DNA of 61,336 nt, filler included, from Rhabdomonas costata (Eukaryota): NCBI GenBank assembly GCA_019059605.1. It is 20 parts of 20 records of this genome, joined end to end, with 100 filler letters (N's around TTAATTAATTAA, not from the genome) between each part and the next. Parts side by side here need not be neighbours in the genome. Positions count along the whole stretch, not along the records: positions 33,813 to 36,785 come from JAHMHO010001628.1; positions 36,886 to 39,858 come from JAHMHO010001629.1; positions 39,959 to 42,927 come from JAHMHO010001630.1; positions 43,028 to 46,000 come from JAHMHO010001631.1; positions 46,101 to 49,069 come from JAHMHO010001632.1; positions 49,170 to 52,136 come from JAHMHO010001633.1; 14 more parts are not named here. One strand, written 5' to 3'. The notes below the pieces were generated by a model that worked only from the letters and a program-made list of their open reading frames with translations, searched no databases and had not been told where the DNA came from. Positions 36,659 through 49,396 of this stretch are shown one piece after another. Every line of letters starts with the position of its first letter. Within the stretch, counting starts at the first letter, position 1. Position numbers and translations under genes: made by a program.

Positions 36659-36785
36659 AATGAGTGAAATCACTTTGTTCGATGACAAGGAACTTCCAGA
36701 TAACAGGTATGGTGAAGTTCGCACAAGCATTAATGGGCTCCCTCGTGTGGGGATCTGGCCCCACCAGAGCATCCCAAAAGAAAAC
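36659..36785 (+). repeat. 127-bp exact terminal direct repeat (right)
   Basis: Identical to 33813-33939. Confidence 0.97.
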
Positions 36786-36904
36786 NNNNNNNNNNNNNNN
36801 NNNNNNNNNNNNNNNNNNNNNNNNNNNNNTTAATTAATTAANNNNNNNNNNNNNNNNNNNNNNNNNNNNNNNNNNNNNNNNNNNNGGGGTGTGTGGGTGC
36901 GTAC

Positions 36905-39506
36905 CTTGCACATGAAGATTAGGCGGCCAAACATCTGCAGGATGTCTGAGCTGGGCTGGTGGATCGTCGCCACCACGGTGCGACCCGTCTTTGCCAGCCC
37001 ACGCAGGGTGACCACCACGGACTCCGCGGTGAAGCTGTCCAGCCTGCAAGGGAGAATGAGAGAGCACAAAGAGTAAACCCACTCTGCCGAAAAGGAGCCG
37101 CTTTTGCCACTGGTGCGCACAAAGCGATGAGCGCTGAGGATGAGAAAAAAGAGTGGTGGTGAGGAAGACATGAGCGGAACCCGCTGGTAGGCTCGTCCAG
37201 AAACAGCACGGCAGGGTTGTGCAGCAGCTCCACCCCCACGGCGACGCGCTTCCTCTCACCTCCGGAGACACCTATGGTAATCGGGCGGGGGGCCTGAAGG
37301 AGACAAACGCAAACGTCGTGTGGCGATCTTTTACCAAAAGCTCATGCAGATATGCAAACGCAGCCCTTTCAAAGAATTTAGATAAAACTCCCCATCGGCT
37401 TCAGTACTTGGTCGCAAGGATCTTCAGGCGGACCGAACTATAACTTCGGTCACGTCGACAAGCATTTCAACGGTCTTCTCCCTCCAAAAAATGCAGCGGG
37501 CTGACACCTCTTTCCTCCCAACCTTTGTGGCACCAGGAATCATATTTGCGCAGCCTTATTTGTGTGGAATGTGTTATATCCGAGCTTCTGCTGTGAGGAT
37601 ACAGCCGAACTTCAGCAACCCGGTCCTTGTCACCCTGTGGGATATACTGAACTCAACCAATGAACTTGATCATTGAATTGAAATATTGCCATTGTTACCC
37701 TAACAGTGAGATGTGAAAGAATTATACCAAACCGATACCTTCTGGGGGCAAATAAAGTCGGACATAATACATCACCGTTTCTTGTGCAATTGACTGAGAT
37801 ACCGACACTGAGGTACGTACCCATGTTTCCGTGATTGCGGGTGACAAAAGTTCTAGTTTCTTGCCTTCCACTTTTGCCATGGATCGGGTTATATCATATG
37901 ATTCTCTCCGTGATCGGTTGTCTCGGATTATAACACGGCCAGTGCGGCAATCCATCACTCTGGTAGCTGGCTGTGACGGAGGAGACGCACGTGTGAGCAC
38001 TCGATAGAGGATGCAGATCCGCCCGTGTTTGGTTGGGGCGCGTCCTTCCCAGCATTTTATCAATGCACATTATTTTAGTACCTCTCTTATAATTCATATC
38101 ATCAGGTTCTTCGCCTTTGTTTTCTCCCTCTTTAGGTTCTCAGGCGCTTTTTTTCTGCGAAGGCCACCCACAATATTATTAGCACCCCACAATTCTGGAC
38201 CCAATGAGTGCACGGGTGTTGGGAAGACGCTAAGACGCGGAACCTCGCTCGCAATCAACGCACGCCACTCGGACACCACTTGGAGGGGTCTTGGACACCT
38301 TTCACGTCGTCTCCTCCGATGATCGTCTCTGCGCAGCTGGACAGCCCGAGCTCCACTATGATGGTCTCCACGCGCTCATTCTTCTCTTTCTGAGCGAAAG
38401 GCATGCCCAATCGCACATTGAGGGTGCGCCCGCTGACGGAAGAGCTTCCGCGCCGAACAATGGGAAAGTACTTGGGGACAATTGTATATGGGTTTTGCGG
38501 AGTTTTGGGATAGTCATTTTAGATTAAGATTATTTTTTTACGTGAGTAGGCCAGTCCGTGGGTTACGCATAATTTTTTCTGCTCTGGTTAGGAAATTTAC
38601 GACCGTTGTGCAGTGCTAAACGTTCAAAGCCCTCCCCCCCCCCCCCAATAAAAGAGGCCTCCTACTTGGTGACCGCCATCTGAGGTAATCGACACCACAC
38701 GGAATGATTTGATTTGATTTTCATGGGTGTTGAAATTGTTGGTGACGTTATATAATGTAGTAACAGCAGTTTATCACAGCACAGACACATATCTATAGAA
38801 AAGGTGAAAGAGGGACGAAGTTTACGACCTGAATGGGACTGTGAGGGAAACGCGCCAGTTAATTCGTGATTGTAGGGGGGGGGATTGTACGCACCACATC
38901 TTGGATAAGACTGCCTTGGATAAGACTCTAACGAAGCCGTAAGCAAAAATCTCACAGTCCCAGAAAGCAGTACGCACCGCCGACATCTTCGTCGGAAGGC
39001 GCAGGTTGGCGGCAAACTGGAACATCTCTCGGACCTTCAGCCATTCTGAGTGGAAGGAAAAGAACAGACCACGCCGGTGAAAATCCTTGCTCAAACGATG
39101 ACCAACAAACCCGTAATACTCCATCAAGTGGCGGAACTCCCGAGAGGTAGGCCGTCCTTTGGTCCTTTGCCCTCGTTTGGTCAGATATCAATTACGAGCT
39201 GCTTGTCATCCCACATTAGGGCCCACAGACAATACGTGCATTTCAACTTATACCTGTGGCCAGTTGCCAGACGTAGTCCACTTCGCCTAAGCTGTCGCCC
39301 TGACGCCAAATCAGCCCATCAAATCGCCTAAATGAAAGCCGAGGAGGGGTGCTCAGAGGGGTGTGCTGCGAAAGCAGAGGGGAGTGCTGCGAAAGCAGAC
39401 GGGAGTGAAGTGGCATTTTACAGGGGACGTACTCATCATGAGGTCGTCCTGCATCACGTACGCAATGCGACGGGTAAGCTTGCTGACGTTATCATACTCC
39501 ACCCCA
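36905..39506 (-). CDS. ABCG/White-family ABC transporter, NBD exons 39506-39422, 39034-38978, 38389-38299, 37271-37181, 37043-36905
   Basis: [86 protein letters not shown]. All junctions are GT-AG and in frame. Confidence 0.93.
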
Positions 39507-40918
39507 CTGAAATGAAAGAAGACAAGAATGGGCGATCGGGGTGGTGCACAGGAATCAGAACCTTGCGCACCCATGGGCATAAGATACAATACTAGTTAAG
39601 GGAAGGGCTGAACTCATCATTATCGCGGTTGAAGACCAGCAGTGGGAATCATCCTTTGGGTCTACCACGAACAGTACTTGTAATCCAGATGTCACTCATC
39701 AACACCGAATTGAGAACGCAAGCCATAGATTTTCCCCCGTGCATCGCCCTTTTATTAACCCTCTGCAAGACAAAGAGGTGCAGACATGCAAAATCCTGCG
39801 ACGGAAAACCAAATGAGCATAAGGGGCAGTTAATCTTTTACATTCTTCACACACAACANNNNNNNNNNNNNNNNNNNNNNNNNNNNNNNNNNNNNNNNNN
39901 NNTTAATTAATTAANNNNNNNNNNNNNNNNNNNNNNNNNNNNNNNNNNNNNNNNNNNNACCTCCAGCATGCTACACTGTGTTCTGGTTCTTCCATCCTGC
40001 GTGTGCAAGCGCTGCCTCGACGGGATAGGTCACCTGTTCCTCAAGCAGAGCTCTCTCTAGGAGCAGGGCGCACAGGAATCGGACCGAGCAAAAAGGTGAT
40101 GCGAGTTCCCCTGGGGAATGCGAAGAGGATTAGCAGGAGGCAATTGGCAGTCCATTTGCTTTGTGTTCGCAAATCTTTTTTCGCTGATGATGGATATCCT
40201 CCATCGCCACCCACCACGTCATAATGATGGGCTTTGCACCGCGAGGCCCTTCTGTTGACTGTCTCAGGAATGCAGGCCCCTCCTCAGCTGTCTGCTGAGC
40301 CTCAGCGCGACCCGGGGCACCTCCCTGGAGGTCATCGAAAGCCTAAGGTACATCGGACCGACCCAAGAATGTGAATAAGGAGGGGAAGGGGATGAAATGA
40401 GGTGTGTTGCACTGACGGGTGTGCCAAAGCTACTTGACCTGAAACCTCAGGGTCCTGTCCTGCAAAACATCTCAGTTCTCCTTTAGCTCGGTTCCTCCAT
40501 GAAAGCATTCGTAGATAAGCCCCTCACCAAACGCGCTCTCTCTGTCTCTCTCAAGCAAGTGCGCTCAGTAGCACATAAATTTGCACTTGGAATGGGAACG
40601 CTCCCGGGGTTTCAACTTCCAATATTCCTCTTTTTGAGGCATACGGTAAAAGGTATAAAGTAGATATAATCACAGTTGGCACAAGCAGCGCCTTTTCCTC
40701 GATTGCCGGCTGAAATCGGGCGAAGCTCGCGATGCAAAAACGTTTCCAATAGCTCAGTGTAATGTAAGCACAACCAACCCAACGGCACACGTTCCTCCTC
40801 CACAGTGATAAGATCGATCCGCCACAGTGCCACTTTGAGCCCCCACACATCCCCCCATCCGTTCCGCGAGTCACCGAAGGTGGCATCTCACTCTCGCCTC
40901 TCTTTGTCTCTGTTTCAG

Positions 40919-42927
40919 AGGCCCTGTGTGGTGGTGGTGGTGGTTTTTTCAGAAGGAGCAGGGTCTTTCTGCGCGTCCTCCTGGCGCTGCTGCACATCCG
41001 GGTCTCTTCCGGCCTGCCGGGCCTCGGCGGCGAGCCGTCATCAGCTGAGCTGAGCTTCTCCGCTTCCCACAAAGACACTTCCGCGGAAGAGGAAGAGGAG
41101 GAAGGAGATGCGGCGGACGGAGGAGGGGGCTGCAGTTTTGAGGGTTTGCTCGGTCGGCTGCGACTGCGCGACCCCTTTGTGCTGACGAAGAGCCACCACG
41201 CCCTGCAGGGGCTGTCAGAGGTGCAAGGCGCGCACGCCCTTGGCCATCCCTTGGCCATTTACATATGCCAGAGACAAAAAAACACAGCATTTGGGCAATT
41301 TGAAGATGGCAACCTGGAAAAGCAAGATATTGAGAGATGGTGAAGACGAGAAGGGAGTCACACACAGCATGTTGGGGTGAAGATACGTGGCTTTATTCAC
41401 CTCTCTTTCGCCGCCACTTCCAGGGTTTCCGCACTGTGCACCACTTGGTCCCCACTTTGATCACTTACACAGACCCAAGTTTGAAGTGTATTCCGGCAGT
41501 TTTGAGCAGGACGACATCGAACCAATTGAATCCTCTTTTACGAATGACAAAAGTACATTTCTGTGCAGTATCGTCGCACGCACTTACGTTCACAATGTTG
41601 GACAAGGACGAAGATTGGTTGGCACGGGTGGGAGACAGGAACCATCACAGCTTGTGATATTTTTGATAGCCGATAGCCATAACCACAGCGATAGCCAGCT
41701 TCTTGGCTTTGATCTCCACTGGCGGATTTTCTCATGCCATCAGTGGGTGTGGGTAGACCGGTCTGATAAACTTGGGTCATAGGCATGACCTTGCCGTTGG
41801 TGCTTTCCCTCATCATTCGGACGCTTCTCATACTCACGCTGCTTTCTGGAATGCCAAGGATTTGCAATGTATAATTCTGCTATGCTTCTGCTTGCTGGTT
41901 TTGATATTCTCTGGGGGTGTGGCGCAGACGCTGCCTACTCGGGGGCCTCTCGTGCCCACAGTGGTTACCCCCTCGCCCTCCTGCTTCTCCATGGCCACCG
42001 GGGAGCATCGGCTGGAGTTCTTTGACCAGGTTCCGCCCTGCCCCCTGCTGAGTTTGGCTGCTGCGGTGACAGGGGGATGGCACGATACTCAGCAACTGTT
42101 TCCGGGAGATTCTAAAAACGGCATTTTTCACGATACTGCCTGCACCCCCCATTCCATCTCGAGTGAAGGCATGTTGCGGGGTGGGTTCCGCCCCCCCCCC
42201 TCAGTACGTGCTTTTGCCTCGTAACCCCGGCATCGCCCTCTAACCCCCGGTCTTTCCACTACCGAAAGTCTCCTTTCTACCGTGTTTCGCCTCCTGAGCC
42301 TAGCCATGTTGCTGCAGGGGGGGCCGGGTGCAGTATCGTGACTCCTGCACGACGGGGGGGGGCACAGTATCGTGACAAGATAAAAAACACCTGGGAGGTG
42401 CAAAGATTCGGGAAGCGCAGTGGTGGGTCGGCGGCGAGCTCAGATATCTGCACAGAGTGAGTTTGCAGGACTCCTTCCTCAACCCGAGACGCCACTATCA
42501 CGCCGAGCAAGCAAGCAGTGAGGTTGCAGGGTGTAGCATTCTGGGCTTAGGTCCGATAACTATCCCTAAGAGACTTCGATCCCAGGATTTTAATGCGTCT
42601 GTTGGGGAGTTGGTGCGGGTAATGCCCCATTTGTATCCACACAAATTATATCTGGAGCCGGGACCACGAGAAGAGATTGCACCTGAGCACCAGCTGCGCT
42701 GGTTTGGTACCCTCCTGCACAAGTTTTGCGGCCCTGCTGCTTTTCCTGGGGAACGGTGAACTTCGTCCGAAAAAGAAAGAAAATCTGTCCCTTGCTTTGG
42801 GCGTTCCTGTTGTTGTTATGGGGCTTTGCGGCAGCTGACCGCCCTTCTCCGGGGGCAGTGGGTGGAGCTTCGCCTGCGAGTGACGTCTGCATCCTCGGGC
42901 GGTCAGCTGCCGCAAAGCCCCACCACC
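40919..42927 (+). CDS. Hypothetical multi-exon protein, partial (exons about 40919-41220, 41928-42029, 42469-42522, 42835-)
   Basis: GC-rich exons joined by phase-0 GT-AG introns: ...HHALQGLSE|TLPTRG...LEFFDQ|DSFLNPRRHYHAEQASSE|LTALLRGQW. No family recognised. Confidence 0.45.
42820..42927. repeat. Inverted repeat (25-bp or longer arms, loop about 52 nt) at contig end
   Basis: ggggctttgcggcagctgaccgccc versus gggcggtcagctgccgcaaagcccc. Confidence 0.85.
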
Positions 42928-43027
42928 NNNNNNNNNNNNNNNNNNNNNNNNNNNNNNNNNNNNNNNNNNNNTTAATTAATTAANNNNNNNNNNNNNNNNN
43001 NNNNNNNNNNNNNNNNNNNNNNNNNNN

Positions 43028-45985
43028 CTGTCCTCGTGGCGGAACCCGTTGTGGTGCGAGTCGGCGTCGGAGTGCTACTGAGAGTGGAAGAAATGCTTCC
43101 ACTCGGGGTGGCCGAGGAACTACAAGATGCCGTTCTGCTGGCAGTGACAGTGGGGGTGCCCTCTGATTGAGTCTGGGTGAGGGTGGCGGTTGGCGAAGGG
43201 GTGAGGGTCGGAGAGCTGCTCGGGGTCTTGGTCGGTGTGGATGTTGGGCTCGTGGTTACACTCAGCGTGGAACTAGAGCTTGGCGTTGGGGTCGGCGTGG
43301 GGGAGGACGTCAGAGAGGTTGTGCTGGTATCCGTTCTTGTGCACGTGGAAGTCGGGCTGGGACTAGGAGTAGGCGTGCTCGATGCTGTGGGGGTGGGAGA
43401 TAGTGTCGCGGATCCCGTGGGAGTCAAAGTCGGGCTCTTCGTGACACTTGCAGTGACCGAGGGGGTCTGGGAGGGGCTTGTGGTCGCACTTTGGCTGACT
43501 GTCACAGTCGCGCTTGGAGTCATAGTGGAACTTTGCGTCTGGCTGACCGTGCGCGTCAAAGAAGGGGTCACGGAAGCAGTAGAGGTGGAGGTCCCCGTCC
43601 GGCTGACCGAGAGAGTTCTGGTCAATGTTGGGGAACACGTCAGCGTCCTCGACATCGTGCTCGTAGTTGTCGGAGTTGAAGTTGGCGTTCCTGTCGGAGT
43701 AAACGAGGGTGACAGCGTGCCTGTCCTCGTGGCGGAACCCGTTGTGGTGCGAGTCGGCGTCGGAGTGCTACTGAGAGTGGAAGAAATGCTTCCACTCGGG
43801 GTGGCCGAGGAACTACAAGATGCCGTTTTGGTGACCGTGGGTGATGGGGTGGAGGTCGGAGTTTGTCTAGCGGTCGAGGAAGGTGTGTGGGTTGGACTTG
43901 AAGAAATGCTCTGTGTGGTCGAAGTTGTGGGGGAGAGTGTTGCTGTTTCTGTAATTGTGTTCGATGCCGTAGTCGAGGTAGTCCTCGTGATAGTAAAGGT
44001 AGAGTCCAGGGGTATTGTTACAGTTTGGTTTCGGCGGGGTGACATGAGCCAAGCGCTGACATTGATTTGGCATAATTTGGCTTCTGGCTGAACTTGTAGA
44101 ACGAAACGGTAGGAAAGCGTGAAGTTGCCGACCATGCCATGAACGGGACACATAGCCATGGTCTCAGCACCACTAGAAACGCAGTTCTGGTTGGGTAAGC
44201 CCACTGTGAAAAAAATAAGATGCAAGCAATAAAGGGAGAGGTGAGAAACAGTGCCTAATTACACAGCTGACAGAGAAACTTTTGGCGGCGAACCGTTCGG
44301 CAGTTCGACACGGGAAGAATTTACAGAAACAAACGAGTTCCAATCACATCAAGCATACTATTTAACTACTAACCCCCGACAACTCTCCGTTTGGATGGAG
44401 GACCGAAACATATAGGAGTCAATGGGCAAATAAAGAAGCACAATGGCTGTGTTTGACCATCATGGTGTACACATGACCCACGAAAAAGGGCTCAAAAAGG
44501 AAAAGCCCCAACCCAACTGATGCACACCTATTGAAGTTCCGTTTGTGTCCGAGTGCAACCATAGGCCAATCTTCATCTCAGAGATGAAGCTCAACGGCTG
44601 GCGGTTAGCAACGGTTATCACAGCGGAGACATCTTGAGGCAAGCCCATCCCGATTCGAAGATGGGCAACCTCCAATAGCAGGACCAAATCGGGAACCAAA
44701 ACCAGTAGACTTGTATTCACAGAGTTGTCATGAGGGGTCGGTTCACGATAGGCCTGAAAACAAGTGGCGTTACACTCGATCGTCATCCAACCTGCACAAA
44801 AAAAGCAACAAAAAAAGCACATAAAACAGTAAAGAAGAAGGAAGAAGAAGAAAAAAAGCAGAGAGTCATTCAAGCAAACTCACCTTCCAAAAACATGATT
44901 GCAGGGTACAGTGCCTTTGAACAAGGCTTCATGATTGCAAAGTTCCCCGCGGAAGTGTCCGTGATAATGTGAAAAACAGTGCTACGGTGATTTTCGAGGG
45001 CTGCAGGCTGCTATGAGCCATTTGCCAGGCCCCGTTCCGCGTGAGGTGTGTTCTGTAAATGCATCATGGGAGTTGCCGCAAACCAGCGGAGGGCAAGAAG
45101 AGGTGCAAAAGGCATAGAGCCGCCAACGAGCACCACAACCGGGGGAGGGTGAAAGACCAGAAAACCCTGACACACAACCCAGAGACCCCAAGGAACGGAC
45201 ATGCAGCGTTTCAGGAAACTTGCTGACCAATTGACCGTCTTTAAACAGATCCTGGACCGCACTCAACTGCAGTCACCAAGTTCCCCAGAAACACAAGAAA
45301 CCTGATAATCCTTCCGGAAGAAGCGTCACGACGGTGACTGCAGTGCTCGCGCCAGAAGGCAGGCTGGCCTTGAAGCACGAAACCACCGACCCTGCAGAGC
45401 ACTTCAAGTCAGCGAAGTCCACCGGCAACAGTACGGACTGCGGGAGGCCACCACTCAGGGTGGTCCAGAGCGTTATGTTGGTAGCCGCTCCCTAGGGAGA
45501 CGGACAGTCCACTTACACGGTTAAAAGCAACACAAACACACAGAAGCCCATTGAACCCAGTGAACACCCATGAGAGCACCAGCGAGCGGAAGCGACCTGT
45601 GCCCTTCTATGACAAGAAAAGCGTCAGCGGTACACAAACGGGACGGCTGCTTGGTCCACGCACAGAGAATAAGAGAATTCAATGTCACTGATGATCTGCA
45701 GACGACCGAAACTTGGTGACCAAAGAACCACAGAAGATTCAAATATTGAACGACCTTCACAGACCACACTGATCTTCACATTCCGCATACCCGCCCCACA
45801 TTTGTCACCGTCAGGAGGCAGGTGAGATTCAGGCCAGCAATAGCCGTCCCACAGCTAATTTTGGTCTGAAGGTCAGCGGGGTCCGTGGGAAAACTGAAGT
45901 TCTGGGAGGAGCACCTCACCACCGAACCCAGGCTCACGCTTCGGACAGTTGCCCAGCCGCACCTCTGAGATACGCTGACGATAAA
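43028..45985 (-). CDS. Surface protein with DUF11-like domains and a long Ser/Thr/Pro mucin-like region, partial
   Basis: Upstream exons ADLQTKISCGTAIAGLNLTCLLTVTNVG / AATNITLWTTLSGGLP (DUF11-like). The last visible exon (about 44203-43028) has over 330 aa of TxTxSxTP sequence. Confidence 0.75.
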
Positions 45986-46999
45986 CCAAACAAACGAAAC
46001 NNNNNNNNNNNNNNNNNNNNNNNNNNNNNNNNNNNNNNNNNNNNTTAATTAATTAANNNNNNNNNNNNNNNNNNNNNNNNNNNNNNNNNNNNNNNNNNNN
46101 TTGTTGTTGTAGTCTTCATTGCGGCTGAAGACCCAGTGACACATAAAACTTCACTTGTACATGGATTCTTCTTGGATTTTACCTGGCGTACAATTCTCGA
46201 ATGCTCGAAAAGATCGTTTTATAGTATCTACGCTACATCCGCCACGGCTGATGGACTCCTCACCCAAAAAGATTCAGTCTCTTTTGTACAGCAATCTCTT
46301 GGGAACCGTTTATCGCCTTCGGTGGCAATGAAGGCAGGAAATACTTCTATTAGAATCCCAGGATACACGTGCATCGCTTCCTAACACACTGAAAACCTTC
46401 TACTTGAATTGAGTTTCAGACTAGCACAACAAAAGAGATCGAATGGTGATTTAGAATTTTGTGCTTAGTCTTTTTAAGCATGCTTGGTGGCGTTTTTGTT
46501 TGCTGTCTTCTTTTTGAGATTGATTTGTTTTTTGCCAGCTTTTGAATCCTAGTTCAATTGAAGCAGTATTCATTTGAATGGGAAAGTTACAAGTTTCCTT
46601 CGGTAAAGCGGTTGCCACACGCGAGCATCGAGCCCCACCACGTGTTTTTCCAGAGGCCCCTGGCCACAAAATGGTGGGCGGATAAAGCAAAAGCCAAAAA
46701 CCACCGATGTAAACGCGGTGGGCAATACCAATTTCTTGGACACCAGCGTAGCGTCTAGCTTCAGGCCGCATTGAGCATTGTTTTTTGGCGGGCGCCACAT
46801 TGTAAAAGCTAGTGTTATCTCTTGGTATGCCTGTTTTTCTGTGGCTCGTCGTCCCGGCTTCTGTGCGTGTTCTCCACGTCCGTTGATTTTGTGGTATCTG
46901 GTATTGGCGCATGACGTGCAGCTCCCACGCATTTTTTGCCTCCGCCACGCGCCATGTTTTTATGCCATTACCTGAGCCTCCGTCCACCTGTTTTGTGTG

Positions 47000-47830
47000 G
47001 TTGTGTGAGGTTCGCGTGCATGGTAGGTTCGGTCTTTGGTATCATGGTCGGGGCTGAGTATTAGTGTAATTGTGTGGGCCTTTAATTCGTGTGCGGGTGT
47101 CTTTTTCTTTATGGTTTATGGTCAGGGTTAGATGCAAGTTTATGAGTCGGAGTGTAGGTGTAAGGGTAATGGTTAGTGTTGTGGAGTTGGTGGTGAGATC
47201 GGAGGTTGGGGTGTGTAGTCAGAGGGTGATGGTCAGAGGTTGGGGTCAGAGGTGTGGGTCATGAATCGGCGTGATGGCTTAGGGTAATGGTGTATGGTGA
47301 GGGTTACAGTGTCGTGGGATTTGCGTTGGAGTCGGATGGTCTGGTGGGTGAGGTTCTGTGTGAGGTTCGTGCGTTTTGTGTGTCAGTGTTATTGTCATTG
47401 TGTTATGTTCTGTGTGAATGACATGGTCAGTGATGCGATGGTTTGGATTTTGAGTTGGAGGGTGGGTCTGGTGTTCAAAGTGACGGTAACTGTGTGTGCG
47501 TGGATTTAGTCGAGGATAGATTGTGCGTGTGTTGAGATTATCTTGGTTCTGTGAGAGCGGTGGAGTCGCTGCGTGGACGTGTAGTGTGTGTTTCAGTCGT
47601 TTCAGTTGTGAGTTCGGAGTGTGAGTTGATGATGATGGTGTTTCGTGGGTCGTGAAGGTTAAGGTGGAGAGTCGGATGACAAAGGTGGGTCGGAGGGTGC
47701 GAGGTGAGGAGTGTAGCTGGACATGCGGAAGGTGACGTGTAGTGCGTGTGCTGATAACGCTGGGTGTGTGTGGATTCTAGGGTAGGTGTTTGTGTTTCGG
47801 TGCTGGTGTTCGTGTCGGTGTCCTTGTCAT
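47000..47830 (+). repeat. GT-rich low-complexity tract
   Basis: Strong G/T skew with degenerate ggttag/agggt units and no credible ORF. Confidence 0.55.
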
Positions 47831-49396
47831 TGATTTCCCTCGTATCCAAGCTGTGATAAATGAATCCCTGCTGGAGGCAAAGAGTTGTAGAGGAGGAAAG
47901 CGCAAACCACAGAAGGACGAAACTAGACGTGAGCAATGACATATGAATATAAACAACAACATCGACATGAATGTGATCATGTGAACAAGCAGGTCAGTAA
48001 GCCCATACCGCGCCCACATGATGATCGACATGAAGGCCGGGATGACCAGGCCACTTAATCCTCTTCGACGGCAACGCTTGAGGCACCTCTCTCTAGCAAA
48101 CAATACAACAGCGAACACAGTCTGTGTATGTCTAAGTGGGAAGTGTTCACGGTGATGTAGCAGCTGCCTCGTGAGGGTATGCGTCTAAGTAGGTAACAAG
48201 TATTGTGGTGACAGTGCTCCACGATAGCGCCAGTGGTCGATGGCTATAAACCATAGTAACACTATGGGTATACCACTATTGAGAGGCCGTGCGTTGCTTA
48301 GTCTACGTAACGGATACGACCGGTAAACCACTCCGGAGGAAGCCAGAAGGTCAAGCTAAGGCTCAAAAAAGGTGGCAAGGTAGGGTGTGGGTGTTTCTAC
48401 GGATGGTTGATACCGATACCCAACGCTGATGTCAATCTGAGTGATGATTCTACGGTGTCAGAACCGCTACGCTTAGGGTGATGGATGGATGTCATGGTAA
48501 TGTTTGAGTCAGGGTAACCACACCGCTAGATGCAAAAATAATAGTATAGTGTACCTAAATGGAGCGCACCGAGCGCAACCCGCCATGATGTTGGAGGAGC
48601 GACCGTGAGGAATCGGCGGAAAGGATACAATTATGCTTAACGTCGTCGTGTCATCTCGCTACGCTCAATGCCACTTCTCCAACAACAACCACAGTTTACT
48701 CACCGACTGACTTCGGTACGTTCACAGGGTCACATTCGCTACGATCCTTCATGTTTATCCTGTTACATTCACACTCAATCCTTGATATTATCATGTTCCT
48801 GTTTGCGTATGCTGATGTGGGGTGTTGTGATGATGCGTATGTGTTATGTGGTGATGATGGATGGTTGTGTCCACCGAGAGTTTACCAGGTCGTTGTGATA
48901 TTCACTGCGTTTACATCACTCCTACTAATAGTTGATGGTTCTCTGTTCCACCGCTACGCGTTTTCACGCCTCACTCAAGAGGAAAAAGATATCTGGATGT
49001 CGCTACACTCCATCCTCATCTACCTCTATCAATCAAGTTTCAACCTCGCTACTCTCTCTTTCATCCTCANNNNNNNNNNNNNNNNNNNNNNNNNNNNNNN
49101 NNNNNNNNNNNNNTTAATTAATTAANNNNNNNNNNNNNNNNNNNNNNNNNNNNNNNNNNNNNNNNNNNNTGGTTCTCAGTGACGTTGGGCAATGATTCAA
49201 AGCACACGTTTCAAACGCGGTTGACACCGAGATTTCGATTTCCTCTGCGAATCCTCGTCCCTTGTCAACAGTACAAGTTCTCAGGTCTTTTTATGAAGAG
49301 CAAAGGTGTAGCTGGCTTCATTGTGAGGCATTTACTTCGCTTTGTTTCTATCTTGTCAATGCAACGAAGAAAGTCACTTGCTTTTTACTTTTCCAG

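Noticed and set aside
40551-41258. 235-aa minus-strand ORF
   Set aside because: More likely the antisense of a plus-strand exon that has proper splice sites.
43177-44091. 304-aa Val/Gly-rich plus-strand ORF
   Set aside because: Antisense shadow of the Thr/Ser/Pro mucin exon.
47100-47330. Degenerate TTAGGG-like units
   Set aside because: There is no run of exact telomeric repeats, and it cannot be told apart from GT-rich low complexity.
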